Shown here: piece after piece, positions 11,214-24,315 of the stretch
Layout of the letters: the number at the start of each line of letters is the position of its first letter
Numbering within the stretch: position 1 is the first letter of the stretch
Assembly: GCA_051362555.1 (NCBI GenBank)
Contig: CM120645.1
Span: 23,588,934-23,652,933 of the forward strand
DNA: 64,000 nucleotides
Origin: Lingula anatina
Taxonomy: Eukaryota > Animalia > Brachiopoda
Direction of reading: 5' to 3'
The notes under the pieces: generated by a model
Database searches by the model: none
What the model was told of the DNA's origin: nothing
What the model saw: only the letters and a program-made list of their open reading frames with translations
Made by a program: the position numbers and the translations under genes

Positions 11214-14200
11214 TGATTGTAATATAAAAAATTTTTTTAAAGAATTGAAGAAGTGAAATTTGCCTGGCAACTAGTTATTACATATAAAGTTCTAGATTTT
11301 TGTACTTAAGCTGAACTCTTGTCAAATTAATGAGTCAGTTTTTCCCGATAACACAAGCCATCATTGTAGCACTCGGCGCTTGTTGACTCAACAGTGGCGA
11401 GTCATTGCACGTGCCTCAAAAATTATGTTTGTTTTATGGAGCAGTGAAAAACTTCCCAAAAAGTTAAGAAGGCCTGGTTCTGTTTAGCAGAAGTTTTAAT
11501 GACTGATAGAACTTTTCTGCGTGCTTGAAAGTATCAGTGTGTATTCTGGAGTGACATCAGTGGAAATAGTGACATGTGATAAAAGATTGACAAAGTCATA
11601 TCTGCAGTTGATCCCTGTACCTGAAAATTAGTTTTTAGTTTTCTTTTTTTCCACTCAAAATACATATACTTTAACCATTTTTTGTGCTGATGTTTGTAGA
11701 TTATTTGAAATATAATTGTGTTTTATATTATCAGAACTTGTTTTCTAGGTTTCAAGTAAAATATCTTCTTAAGCAAACAGCTTTATTATTATCAGAACGA
11801 TTTCAGAAACCAGCTGGGATGGTTTTTGTGAGGTATTACAATGTTGAACTTGTAACACACATATTTTACTTTACAAATGATTTTTCACCAAGTCCATGGA
11901 TAAGAATCCAAAGAAACGTGTTAAATGTAGATAATTATTTGCAGAGAAGTTTAGAAATAAGAGTTTAGAAGTGGTGTTGCAGTTTGCTATTTCAGCTGCT
12001 TTATGCAAAATATATATGCATAGAAGATGATTATTGATTTAGCCAGATATCGCCCTGTGTTATTTATTGCTGTCATGTGATGCATGTTGTTAAATTTTTA
12101 AAACAAGCAGTTATTGTTAAGCAAACGTTTTTGGAGAAAAAATAATTTTAAGAGAAATATTTGAAGATGGTTTCACGTGATATTTATTTACCTTTTCTTT
12201 AGCCTTGAGAAATTATTTACACGAAAGATACATGTGACATCAGTAAAGTTTTACAGCTGCCGTTGTCCCAATTTTCTATTAATTTATAAAGCTTAGCTGA
12301 AATTATTTGAAACTAGAACTATTTTATATTATATGTAACATGATTTCAGTGTAGCTATGAAAATGTCCTGTTAATTTTAATTAAAATGTATTCCTGTCAG
12401 TTGAATTGTAATCACATTTGAGTTAAGATTTTCACCGTATTTTCTTTGATTTAACAGCTTGTCACCAGGGTAACCATTATTGCTACAATTAGATTTATTG
12501 CTCACTTTAAAACAATGCCATATAGTGTCAGATTTCATGCTTGGCATGTTAATTTTTTTTAGTATTTTCTGAATAAAGAATTATGGTGAGGTACTACAGG
12601 AAGTTATGAAGACAAATTGGTTTTGAGAAAAAGTAAACATACTTTTGCAATTTGTGAATAGAACGAAGTAGTGAACTTCTGGAGATGATACCAAATGTGG
12701 TGAATCAATGTTCAGAACTATCTGAAACTAAGGGTAAGTTGCTTAAAAAGACTTGGATATAAAAATGACCTGTTTTTGTCATTTGGCCATACCAAAGAAG
12801 TAGAGAAACATGGTCTTTTCATTAGGTCATATAGTGAAAAAAAAAATTGAAGGCCCATTAGATTAGTTGTAAGGGCAAGCGAAAAATACCGTTAGCAAGT
12901 TTAAATGTTAATCAGGTCGTTCAAACGAATCGATGTACATGTACGCATGTATAACGGACACGCACGCTACTTTCAGAGGTCTGACATCAATTTTTAAAAT
13001 ACATTCCACAGTTACACTGTAATATTTATACACAACCTATCTGCTCACCAATAATACAGTGGAATAAAGATGATCTTAAAGATATTTCTTGATGTCATTT
13101 TTTCCCCCTTTTAGCAGAGTTGTATTCAAAAACTCTGTAAGGTCTAAGTCGTGCAATTTTATAAGTTCTTTCAATTTATAAATGGAGAAAAGGAGGTCAG
13201 GGTGGATATTAATGAAATGAGAATAGTCAAAGGGCTGAGCTGTTGAAAGGCACAATGTACTATGATAACCTATCATACCAGAAATTAAAGATACCTCTAG
13301 TACACTATAGTACACTGAACTCGAGACCTTTACATTGCACTGCTCCTCACACATTGTATACATATATCTAATAAAACAAGTTTACTAATGTGTTAATCCA
13401 TTAAATATGATTGACAAGAACACAAACTGATAATAAAATCATGGATATTTAATGCAGATCTTTCACAATGACAATACAATGTCACATCAATTGAACAAAA
13501 TCTCCCACCAACACTTGGGGCGTACCCTTTAGTAAGGTACTGGGAGGACGACGTCTCTTCTAGCAGCACTACGTTTGGTTGTCCTGCAACAGTTGATGGA
13601 TAGTTTGTTACACATAAAACCTTGTATATGCCACAGATTCCACATTAGTAATAGCATAGAGTTTCAAGTTGACGTGGGGCGCTTTGCACCCCTACAAATC
13701 AATACCTGATCATCCCCTTTGCTGATATGTCGTAATACATGTACTGTTATTTGTACTGTTATGTTCTTTTTGAAGAATTCAATTCACATGGTTTTATTTG
13801 AAATCAAGGGTGACCCACCACGGACCAAATTCAAGCACAAACTTAATGTCTTTGTTTCTTTCTATTTAAATACATTAACTTTATAATTAGTTCATCTGAA
13901 CTAAACCCTAAAACTTAGAGGAAGGAAGGAGACTTAAAGATTGGGTGTCCTACTGCTTGCATGGAAGACTGGTTCATTCTGAACTAATGCAATGGAAATC
14001 ACCTACGTAGGATGTTATGTAATGCAGACTCAAACTCTCTTCCGTACCCATGGGTGAAAGTCGTAAAAACCAAAATTCCTGAAAGTGTAGCTTGCAATTT
14101 CTCATCATATTTAGACCATATGCAAAAAAACAATCAAATGGTGGACGGAAAATCCCACAATCAGACAAAATCCTGCAAACTTTCACCCATGTCCATATTC

Positions 14201-14292
14201 TGCTAAATCATCTGATACTCCTATTGAAACTGGGGCTATTTTACGAAACATGTTGAAATGTCTACATTGCAAGGCCATGCACAAAACTGCCT

Positions 14293-17200
14293 TCAGTCAT
14301 CCTCTTCACTCTCCTCTTCATGTAACAAATCTTTCAAAGCATTAACTGAAAATAGGGACAAAGCCATAAGGCACAAAAAAGAAATGCACAAGATGGGAAG
14401 TAAATTGTTAATTCAAAGACCTGTCATCTACTACTTAAATGTACATGAAACAATTATTCTTGCAGATCCGAATGCTGTTTTTTTTTTTCAAAAAAATTTT
14501 AATGTAAAAGATCTGAGGCAAGAGACAACCATGTACTCACAAATGGACTACAAAATGCCCAGAGCACCTTCTAGAGTTTATTATATATATAAATTACAAA
14601 GTCTCAAAATGCAAAACCAATAACATAAAGAAAACAGATATTAGTAAACAGGTACCTTCAGTTTCTGGAATTCCCACATGATCTTTGAAAATCAAAGACA
14701 GGGAAGACAGAAGTTCTAAGTACTGATGCCCAACCTCCTTACGGTGTTCTTCAAACAGCCTATCAGAGCTGGCCAATGCATGCAGCAAGGAGACTCCACT
14801 GCGGAGTAGGTACGGGACAGGTTGGCCTTGATGAGTGTTGGTGAAGACCTCTAGCTCACTGTGCATCATCAAGACCACAGTACGGACCACCTGGAAGTGA
14901 GCAAAATTGAAAGTACAAAAGGACATGATCTCCAGGCTCACGGCTGCCATACGAATGCTGAATGAATTCATACTCACATCTAAACCACAGAAGACAATAT
15001 TGATGAAGTCAAAGAGTAAAGTGCAAAAGTACAGGATATTCTATTTCACCAGTTAATTAATTATTTTTATTTTTTGTGGGTGGGTAGGTGGGTGGGAGGT
15101 CAATTTAACCGAAGTTTTCAGGTTTAATTTCTTTAGCCGGGGAACACTTAAGAGTTACTCAGACACTTAAAATTTTTTGAAATCGTCTAAGATACTTCAG
15201 CTGAAAACCTTACCTCCACACTACAGGGACACTTGGCTTCCACTAATAATCCAGTACCACTTGGGTGGCTTGAAGCTATTGCACAAAGTAGTTCTATGAT
15301 CTAGAAATTGATAAAAAAGACTTCACTAAAAAGAAATAAACAACACTTTTAACAGAAATTAATACACATTTAAGTAATTTCTCCCTCTCACACATTCATA
15401 CAATCATCTTTTTCATGAAAAGTAAATGAAAGTTTATGATCAACCCTAATTACCTACCTAACCCTAATTGAAATAAAACAAATGCACTGCTGACAAATTT
15501 AACAATGAGTCAGACATGAATCACTGGAGATCTTTCAGCGATCTAATGACAGTGATATAACGCCCCACTCCCCCACCAACCTTGGTCCTCAAGGCAGTTC
15601 TATCTGTCACAGTGAGGTCTTCTAGAGGTTGTCCACCCAGGTTATAAACAGCAGCTAACACACAGCTATCTGGAAGAACAGCAAGAGAAGAGAACCACAT
15701 GTAAGGAGTGAAGGACCTGACACAGCCAGTAGTGTGATATAACATAAGAGGAAAATATAAAAAGTGTGTTATACCATAACTGGAGTAGCGCTGGCAATTT
15801 TTTTCTCTTGGCCAATTCACAACTGTTTCATCACTTTTTTCTCCAAATGGTTTAAATTTGACTAAAACATGTCAAATCAACCCTCTTTTGTTTAGCCAAC
15901 TTAAATCAGTTTAAGCATTTGGCTAGTGTTAGCACTATACCCCACCATAAGAGGAAAACAGAAATCTGTTTTGACCAGATACCTAGCTATCTGACCCCTC
16001 ACATCGCCAGCACTTTGGGTCACTGACACTCATCTCTCAATTGAAATGAAGATCAGTGGTTGCAACGTTGGGTCCTTGCTTTCTTACTTTCTAAAACTAG
16101 ACTTATATTTTCATCTTAAGTGTTAGCTACGAGCAGTTCATATTTTATCTACTCTGCTGAGTCGGATTAAGAACATGGGTCTGTCTTGAAGGCTGAGACA
16201 CATGGTCAGGTATTATTTAATCTAAGAGCTTCAGGTATGCTTCAACAAATATGAATTCATTGAAGAATTGATGTTCCCAAGATGATTGTGACATTACATC
16301 ATGATAATAATTAAGGGTGAAAAACTTGAGCCATTAATGGCCATAAAACTAAATTGACATTATTGATAATTTCTATGGAAAAAGGCATATACCCTTACCT
16401 GGGTTATACAGGCTGTGAGCAGTTACAAACTGCCTACAGGACACTAAAAGTCTCAAAAGTTCCAAGGCTCTGGACATCACATTAAGACCAGGCTTGTTTT
16501 CTGGACTAAGACAGTTGAATAGGATTCCCTTTGATAGAACTGGTAACAGTCTGAAGAGAGAGAGACAAAATATTTTTAAAAGATATATAACGAGTGAGAG
16601 TAGAACTGTGTACATTCGCCATAATACAGACAAATTACTACTACCAGTTTCTTACGCAAGTGAAATGTAATCCACAAGTCATAAAATAACCCCAAATTAA
16701 TCACTCACAATAAATTCAGTTATCAACTAGTAAATGTTGACTAAAGCCAGTAGTTTTCTCTAACCCATCAGTCCCACTTAGCAGCAAGCTTATATGGATA
16801 AATTCACAAACTATGACAACCCTCCTCACCTGTTCAGTTGTCTTGGTTCACTGTGTCTAGATAAAGCTATTAACACATTCAATGAAGCCTCAACTATTGG
16901 CTCGTTTACTGGACTATTCTGTAAATGAGGAGAAAATTGGTTTACCATCAAAGTCGTTAATGAATACATTTTATGTACAGAAATCTGGGATGGCCCTTAA
17001 AAAATACCTACTTTGATTCTTAGGTCACGAGAATTCTGAAGTCAACAACATTCAGCCAATACATAAAAATTAACAATGTACTGGAAGACAATTGCATAAG
17101 ATCGCTCACATGGCATTTTAATGTCAGTAACAAAACTGTACGTTCTAATGTCTGATTTTCCATAAACTCTCCAAGTCTACTTACACTGACCTGTGCTGGG

Positions 17201-20200
17201 TTAGCTAACTGTATCACCCGGCCCAGCAGCTGAGAGTCTGAAAAGTGAACATGTTGTCCACCATTGAGACTGAGAGAGGAGCTCAGTGTACTGCTGGATC
17301 TGTTTCCACTACTGGGTCCTGTACTGATGTTCCCACTGGTACTGCTGCCTCCATTACTAGCTTCCTGTACAGGACAAAAATAAGACATGTTTATGTGTAC
17401 CATTCCAAAAATAATATTTTATTGTGAAAAAAAAAATAGCCCATATTTATGTGTACCATTCTAAAATAATCCTTCATGTGAAAAAATGACCCCATTTGAA
17501 ACCAAATCCAGTGCATGAGCTGCTATAAATTTTGGGTCATAACAGTGGCACTACATTTTTGACAATGACAATGACCTTGCATGTTTATGACTATAACAAT
17601 GGCCCTGTACCTTTTTGGGTATAGTCTCCAGCACAGTGTTAAGAGGCGCGGCAACCACATCCACACCCTTGGGCTCATTTTTGGTCTGTATCAACTCCTG
17701 GCGCACACGCTCACTGTAACACACCAGCTTGTGAAGTATCCTCAAGGAACTCAAAGCCAGTCTTTTTATAGTCCCAGGCAAACTTTCACCAGCCAATGTG
17801 AACCCCCTCATAGAACTGCTTAGAGAGTCTATAGATAAATTGTCCAAACTGCCAGATCTTGAACTATGGGAGCTACTGGAGGTTCCACCTGTGATACCCT
17901 GTCTCATGTTGATGTAGCACATTAAGTAGTCTTCTATTATAGGAAGGAGCAGGGCCTCTCCCCCTCTGTGGCTGATCTGGGGCGGGTCTATGTGGGACTG
18001 GAGTAAATCTCTCACGGCCTGAACTGCCAGGGAGTAATGTCCAGAGCTGACCACTCTCTCTGGTTCAGGACAGGAGGGGACCTTGGAGGATCTATAAAGA
18101 TAAATACTCTATTTGGGAGGGGAAAAGAATGACATCCTATCGAGATTTTTGTGTCTAAGCCAATTTTCTTAGAGAAAAAACAATTTCTTCCTACTAAAAA
18201 AAAACATTGCTTGATCCATCCCATCCCAGCACTTGGATTTGGTGCTTTATACCATTTCTAATTCAATAGTTTGTTCCAAGTGCCAGGCCAGACATTTTAG
18301 ACTGCGGTCTCTTTCAGAAGGAATTATGGACATCATGGACATTTATCTAAGGATTTTTTTATCATTTTAAAGGTCTGAATTGGGATAGATTAGTAGCTGT
18401 GTCGGATATTTAAACATAAACGTTTAAGTCTGGGCATTTTCAAACATGTTAAGTACACCTTTAATAGATATCACAGTACTTACTTCTTTGTTTGAACTGG
18501 GGACCACAGACTCCCTCTGTCTTGTTTAGTGTTCACAGCGGTGGCAGCGGGTGGGATGTTCAACAATCCCACAATGCTCTCTGTGGACTGGCTGTCACCA
18601 ACCATCAACTTTGACAGCACCATGGAGCCAGAGGCGCAGCCTTCAGTAATAAAATCAAAATATGATAAAGCAAGAGAAACTTTTTTTAAGACGCTAAGCA
18701 CATTTTACCTGTGAGGTAGACATTTAGACAGTTCGTCAAAAGGTTTTGGATCACTTATCTCACAGGTAAAAAAACACACTTAGTCTCTTAAAAATAATTT
18801 ATTCATTTTTTCCATCTTTACACAACAGAGTGGTCAGCAAATTTTACTGAAGATAAACACTGCAGAATGACATTTTCTCTTTCAGTAATTTTGAGAGAGA
18901 GAAAGGACAGACATGATTCACAAAGCATCTTTTGTTTATTGCTCAGCATATATTCCCCTTGATCCTTTGCTTAACTTATTTCAAGGGCACTTTTAAAAAT
19001 ATCAATATCAGCGTCAGTTTTTTACCTCTAGATACATCTACCTTCAGCTTCATCCTGCGTGTTCTACCACACCTCTCTGGTCCCGTCATGGTGCTCCTGT
19101 CCTCTAAGAAATTAATTCAACTTACTTAATTAAATGAGTATATAAAATGTTCCAGCATGGAGTAGAATAGCAGATGCAAAGTAAATAAATTGTGTTAACT
19201 TATCGAAATTCACTTGATATTTCAGTTATAAACTTGAAGTTGGTATTAATGAATATTTCAAAAACTTTCAAAACATTTAAGAAAAGTCAAAGTTACAACA
19301 ATTAACCTCCAAATCTACTTTGTAATCATTATCTTTTTCTACAACCAGTCCAGGGTTACTACTCATTAACTGGGTAATACAAAATCTTCACTGGTTTTAA
19401 TTTGGTTTTATTTTGTATCATTTCATATCATTATATTTTGTATCATTTGCTATCTAAGCAACATTTACCTGCTTTCATGGTCCCAGTAGCAGCCTGAACA
19501 GCAGGAGCACCAATATTACCCTTCAGTCTCTGGCTGGGAGGCGGGGAGTGGAAGGTTTGGGAGGTGGGGAACACACTCCCTGGGGGACTGTCTTCAGTTT
19601 TAGGTTTTTTACTTGGGCCGGGACTGACGCTAGATGTCACCACTGGTCTTGGACTCTCTAGGGTATTCTGGAGACCTTTCAGTCTCTGCTCCAGGTTTCT
19701 ACACACAGTCTGGACCTCCTGGATCTCTCTCTCCTTGAACTGAAGTTGAGAGGACAGTTTCTCCACATCTTTCTGTAACAGGCTCTCCTTTTCGGACTTC
19801 TCCTGTGTGTGTTTTTCCACTAGGTGCAGCTTTTCTTGTCTCAGTTTTGAAAGCTCGGCTTCCTTTTGGTTCAGATTGTTACGGAGAATCTGGATTTGGC
19901 CATCTTTTCCATACTGCTCTTCTTTTGCTTTATTTAGCTGGAAAATATTTTCGGGAATACAGATTAATTAGACACTGGTGCAAAAAATTTCTTAAAGAGA
20001 TCATGATCAAGATTTCAAATATTTTCTCTTATCGTCCAACCGTCTCCAACATAATCTAATTCTTTATCTGTCCCAAGTTATGTTTAACACAAAATCTCCT
20101 TTCGACATTATTAATGACATAAATATAAGTTCCAGAGGAAGACACATGAAAGCAAACCAACACTGCTGAATCTAACCAGCTTCCTCTGGCATTGGCTGAA

Positions 20201-21029
20201 GGCAACTGCCCACATATACAATCACTGTGCAAATATAACTGATTTTAACATTTATATCATAAACATGAAATTCACGGGCTATCACTCCTACTGACATTTC
20301 TGATATGCACTTGCTGTGTTAAAGCATGAAAGCACAACCTACCTCCAGTTTAAGAGCTCCCAACTCCTCTTTAAGGGAAGCATTCTGCTTCTGCAGTACA
20401 TCACCAAACCTCTTTACATCATGACCAGGCAAAGACGGAGATGTTTTCCCACTGGAAGGACCAAGTGTGGGCATCTCTTTACCTGATCCATCTGCAGTAC
20501 ATGGCTGTGTAGGACTGAGGTCTTCAATGGGTAATGTTATATTTGACTGCACAGGATGGTGGTGTGTGCTATATTTACCACTGTGTCCAGACATGACAAC
20601 ACTGCCCTTTCCTATTTGACTCCCACCTCGAACATTAGTTTGTCGTAATGAAGCCGTTGGCTGGGCTGGTAACGAACTTTGGTAACTTGCTTGGGGGACT
20701 GATGACGGTTGTGTGGCACGTGTGTCATGGCTTGGTTTCTGAACTTGTGTGGGCGGTTGTTGGGAGGCCAACAATTCCAAGTCATCTAGTTGATCCTGGG
20801 TGAGACAAAAGTCGTCCTCTTCCTCGCCCCATAGCTGATCTAGGTTACCTGAAGTGCCATCGGCGACTTTTCTCCTCTTGTCTGGTGGCGGATCATCGTC
20901 TCCCTTGCCAACGCTCATTGCGGTTAGAACAGCACTGTTATTACTTTTCGCCGCAAGCGGGATTCGGGCTTGGTGATAGGAAAAAGAACGACGCTGTCCT
21001 ATGCCACTAAACAGAGGATTTGCGGCCAT
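14293..21029 (-). CDS. ATRIP: ATR-interacting protein (ATRIP-like), about 916-918 aa
   Basis: Exons on minus: 21029-20343, 19937-19469, 19103-19026, 18640-18484, 18091-17611, 17364-17185 (or 17191), 16918-16830, 16550-16399, 15669-15581, 15300-15214, 14890-14656, 14345-14293 (TGA); all phases agree. N-terminal PPPDKRRK and acidic DDFCLTQDQLDDLELLASQ resemble the ATRIP RPA70-binding motif. A coiled coil follows (KDGQIQILRNNL...LSSQLQFKEREIQE). C-terminal CSVEVVRTVVLMMH...LLRSGVSLLHAL resembles the ATR-binding region. Confidence 0.88.
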
Positions 21030-21369
21030 TATTCTCGGTAACAGATAAACCTAAATGAAGCATTGTTACAATGAATAAAATAAACCAATTCCTGCTTGTG
21101 CATCTCTGTTTGAATAGGCCTTAAACAGCTGCTTAACAATTTGTGTTCAAAAGTATACTTTCATTTCGGTCTTTCATTTGCCGCCATGATGCTGCATTGC
21201 TTCATGGGAGAATGCGTTAGCAGTTATTTTTAATAAGATAGTTTTGTCATTATAGGTAAAATACATGCTTGATAATTTGTGCTCTTTAATATATTAATGT
21301 TATATAAATATCTTTGGTCTAATTTTTGAATCTCTTTTATTCGTGAAATTGTCTCAAGAAAGTTTCAAA
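21030..21369. promoter_or_regulatory. Bidirectional promoter / 5' UTR region shared by ATRIP (-) and NDUFB11 (+)
   Basis: Only 340 bp separate the two start codons. YY1-like motifs overlap AAAATGGCG (21367-21375, +), TCATGGCGG (21181-21189, -) and the ATRIP ATG (AATGGCCG). Locally CpG-richer than the flanks. Confidence 0.7.
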
Positions 21370-22948
21370 ATGGCGTCGCTTCTTCGGTCGTCTCGGCGGA
21401 GTGCTGTTCTCATAAACTTTTTACGCACTCAGGGGCCGTGTCATCAGTCAGTGTGTCATATTCAGACGTCTAAAAAGAAGAAAGATGTTGGTACGGCAGA
21501 AGGAATATTAGAAAAAGTAGACCCTTCTCCAGTAAATTCTTTTGAAAAGCCTAAGGTACTGATATATTTTTGTGCATATATCTGAATCTGAGCTACACTC
21601 TCATGTTTAGTTGTACTCTGATTTGCTTAAAACTGTGTGACTCTTTTCGTCACTTTCTGATAATTCAACTTGATACAGTATTGATTCAACTTGATAAAGT
21701 CGAATTGTCGAGAAATACCAGCGTCTTGCATTGCTTGGCCATTCTGAATTGTGAAACCCAAATGTTAAATTCAGGTCATTCCACAGAAAGGGACTCTTCG
21801 AGTTACTTACGTTTAATATTTATGTGATATTTATTTATTATTATAACTATTCATATATATTTTGATATTTGAATCTCAGTGGGTCTGAAACCCTTTTCAA
21901 GTTACATTTTATGAATACATGTCCAAATAACTGTGGAATATATTTTCATATCACAATTGGTGATGTTTTTGCTATTGAGCATTTTGAAATAGTGCATCAG
22001 CATTCACATAAAACATGTATACAGGGCTTGACACTAACTTTTTTCGATACTGGCCCATGATATGGGTAAATATTGCAAGGATGATTTGACACATGACATT
22101 TTACTTGGTCTTCGGGCCAGTGACCCCATCAATTCAATGGCCCTAGGTTGGTTTTCAGTGGGCCAGCGGGCCACCCTTAATGTCAAGCCCTGGCATAGTG
22201 GGGGGAGGACATGTATTTATCGAATTTATTGTTTTAATTGAATTCTTTTTCTTTGCAGAATGCCATCAATTTTGGCTTTAGTCTTGATTCAGAAAAAGAA
22301 GCCAGCATGGACTATCAGCTCACATTGTTCTGTATTATTACAGTAGCTGTGGTTGGATCAGCTTTTCTTGTTTTGTATTTGCCAGATAAAAAGTAAGTTT
22401 TTTATCACAGTTAAGTCACCATCACATGAAAGTAGGCAAAGATTAACTTAAAAATTAAAGGAATTTATAGCAGTTAACTTATTTCCTGCAAATGATTCTT
22501 TCAGCACATTTTATAATGAATACAGTTGCTATCCAGTGGTTTTATATTGTCAGTGGATTACTTCAAAATTATTACTAGTCCTGCACAATTTTTCAGCCTT
22601 GGATGGAAAAAATGGTTTCAGAACCTTTCTCTCCCATTTTCAATTAATAATTCTACCTTTACTAAAACAAAGTATTTCTTAAAATGATAAATAATAAAAT
22701 TGAGGAAACTGACTAATAACAGAAAAACTTTGTGAGGAAAATTCATTATGAAAAATCTGCTTTCTTTTTCTTTTCCTTTTTCCTTTTATTTTTTCAGATT
22801 AAAATATTGGAGTCAGAGGGAAGCTTATTTAGATCTTTATAAACGAGAAAAAGAAGGCCTGCCTCCGATTGATAAGAACTATATACCAGAAGACCAGATG
22901 GTTCTACCATCAGAAGAGGAACTAAAAAAAGTGGAAATCATTGTTTGA
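21370..22948 (+). CDS. NDUFB11: NADH dehydrogenase [ubiquinone] 1 beta subcomplex subunit 11 (ESSS), mitochondrial, 156 aa
   Basis: Exons 21370-21555, 22259-22392, 22798-22948 (471 nt). Basic transit peptide MASLLRSSRRSAVL; NFGF motif; single TM helix LTLFCIITVAVVGSAFLVLY; then LPDKKLKYWSQREAY...REKEGLPPIDKNYIPEDQMVLPSEEEL, typical of the ESSS family. Confidence 0.92.
22022..22192. mobile_element. hAT-like MITE in NDUFB11 intron 1
   Basis: 12-bp perfect TIR CAGGGCTTGACA...TGTCAAGCCCTG; no clean TSD. Confidence 0.65.
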
Positions 22949-24315
22949 ATTGAAAAAAAACTTCACTAGAAAAATCTATTTATAAAGCTGCTCATTTGAA
23001 AGGATTTTGTGAAAAGAAGTGTTGGAATTTCAGTAATAAAATTGTGCCCAGCACACTGGACCTGGCTTATTACAGTCCTCAACTTGGAAAGACACAGTGT
23101 CCTTGATATGTTTGAAGGTGTTAAAGTGACAGCCACACATTGCGTTTAAATCTTTGCATACCAATTACCAGTAAGCTTCAATCTGGACAGGTTCTGCAGG
23201 AAAGTATTGTCTTGCAGCAAAAGCATGTTTTTATGAAATACAACTGATAAGTGCGCGTCAGATTTTTAGAACAGAGTGAGTTTTTGATTTGAGTAGCATT
23301 TGCAGCTTCGAGGGACTGTGACACTTTCGGCAGGATTGTGTGTGCATGCGGGCCAAACCTTGTGTGGTTGAATCTGGTTTAGACGGTTCTATATATGCAC
23401 TTGTTTTGAGGCGATTTGGATTTACACATGGATAATGTTCAAAATAAAAGTTACTGATTCCATTATTGTTCTTGCTCATGTGGATGCTTGCGATTGACTG
23501 CTGCCAGCACTTACCATTGCACTGTGGCAGTTAATGCCACTTACAGGCTCAATTGGAATTAACTTTAGACGAATCCCTCTAAGTGCTTTCTCAAACTCTG
23601 ACTGATGAAAAAATTTATTCATAAAAAATATACATAGCTCAGCAAAAAGTTACATTTAAAATGTACCTCCGAAATTCTAAAGAAAGCTCTTAGAAATCAA
23701 ATGTGAAATCACTGAAGTTTGATACTTTGAAAATAAAAATAAATAGTGTATTCAAAGAGAAAGCAAAATTAAGAGCTGGAGTCGAAATGAGAAACGCCTG
23801 TAAGCTTTTTAAATACTCTGCTGCCATTAAATGTTAAATATTCTTGAAACATCTGGCAATGTCGGAGATGCAATTTTCCATATTAATGCTAGTAGTGTTG
23901 AAAAGTTTTTGGCACAGGACTATCTTGTCAGCTAAAGTGAAATATTAATAGTCCTTTTAATTCAAATATTCAAGCCAAATTGGCTCCATTTGGACATCCT
24001 TGGGTCCGTCATGCCATGGACCATGAAAGTATAAATCGTGAAAGTATAAATCGTTTAACAAGGAAGCCAAAATTGTTGTGTATAATAACTTTATTATCAA
24101 CTAGAGGATCAGAGAGGCGATACCGCCTCCGAATATTGTACCACCAGCTGGAGCAAGCGCATTCGTATAGACCCCCACATACACAAAATAAGGGGTGCAG
24201 CCACCAGTCTTGTGCTTGACAAGCTGTAAAAATGCAATCAACAAGAATTTTCAAAATATGCAAAAAATATATATAACTAAAAATGGTGCAATCAAAGTTA
24301 AGTTCATTGTAAGGT

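Noticed and set aside
15743-15965. Possible small TIR element with flanking CATAAGAGGAAAA direct repeats in an ATRIP intron
   Set aside because: TIRs too degenerate and single-copy in this window.
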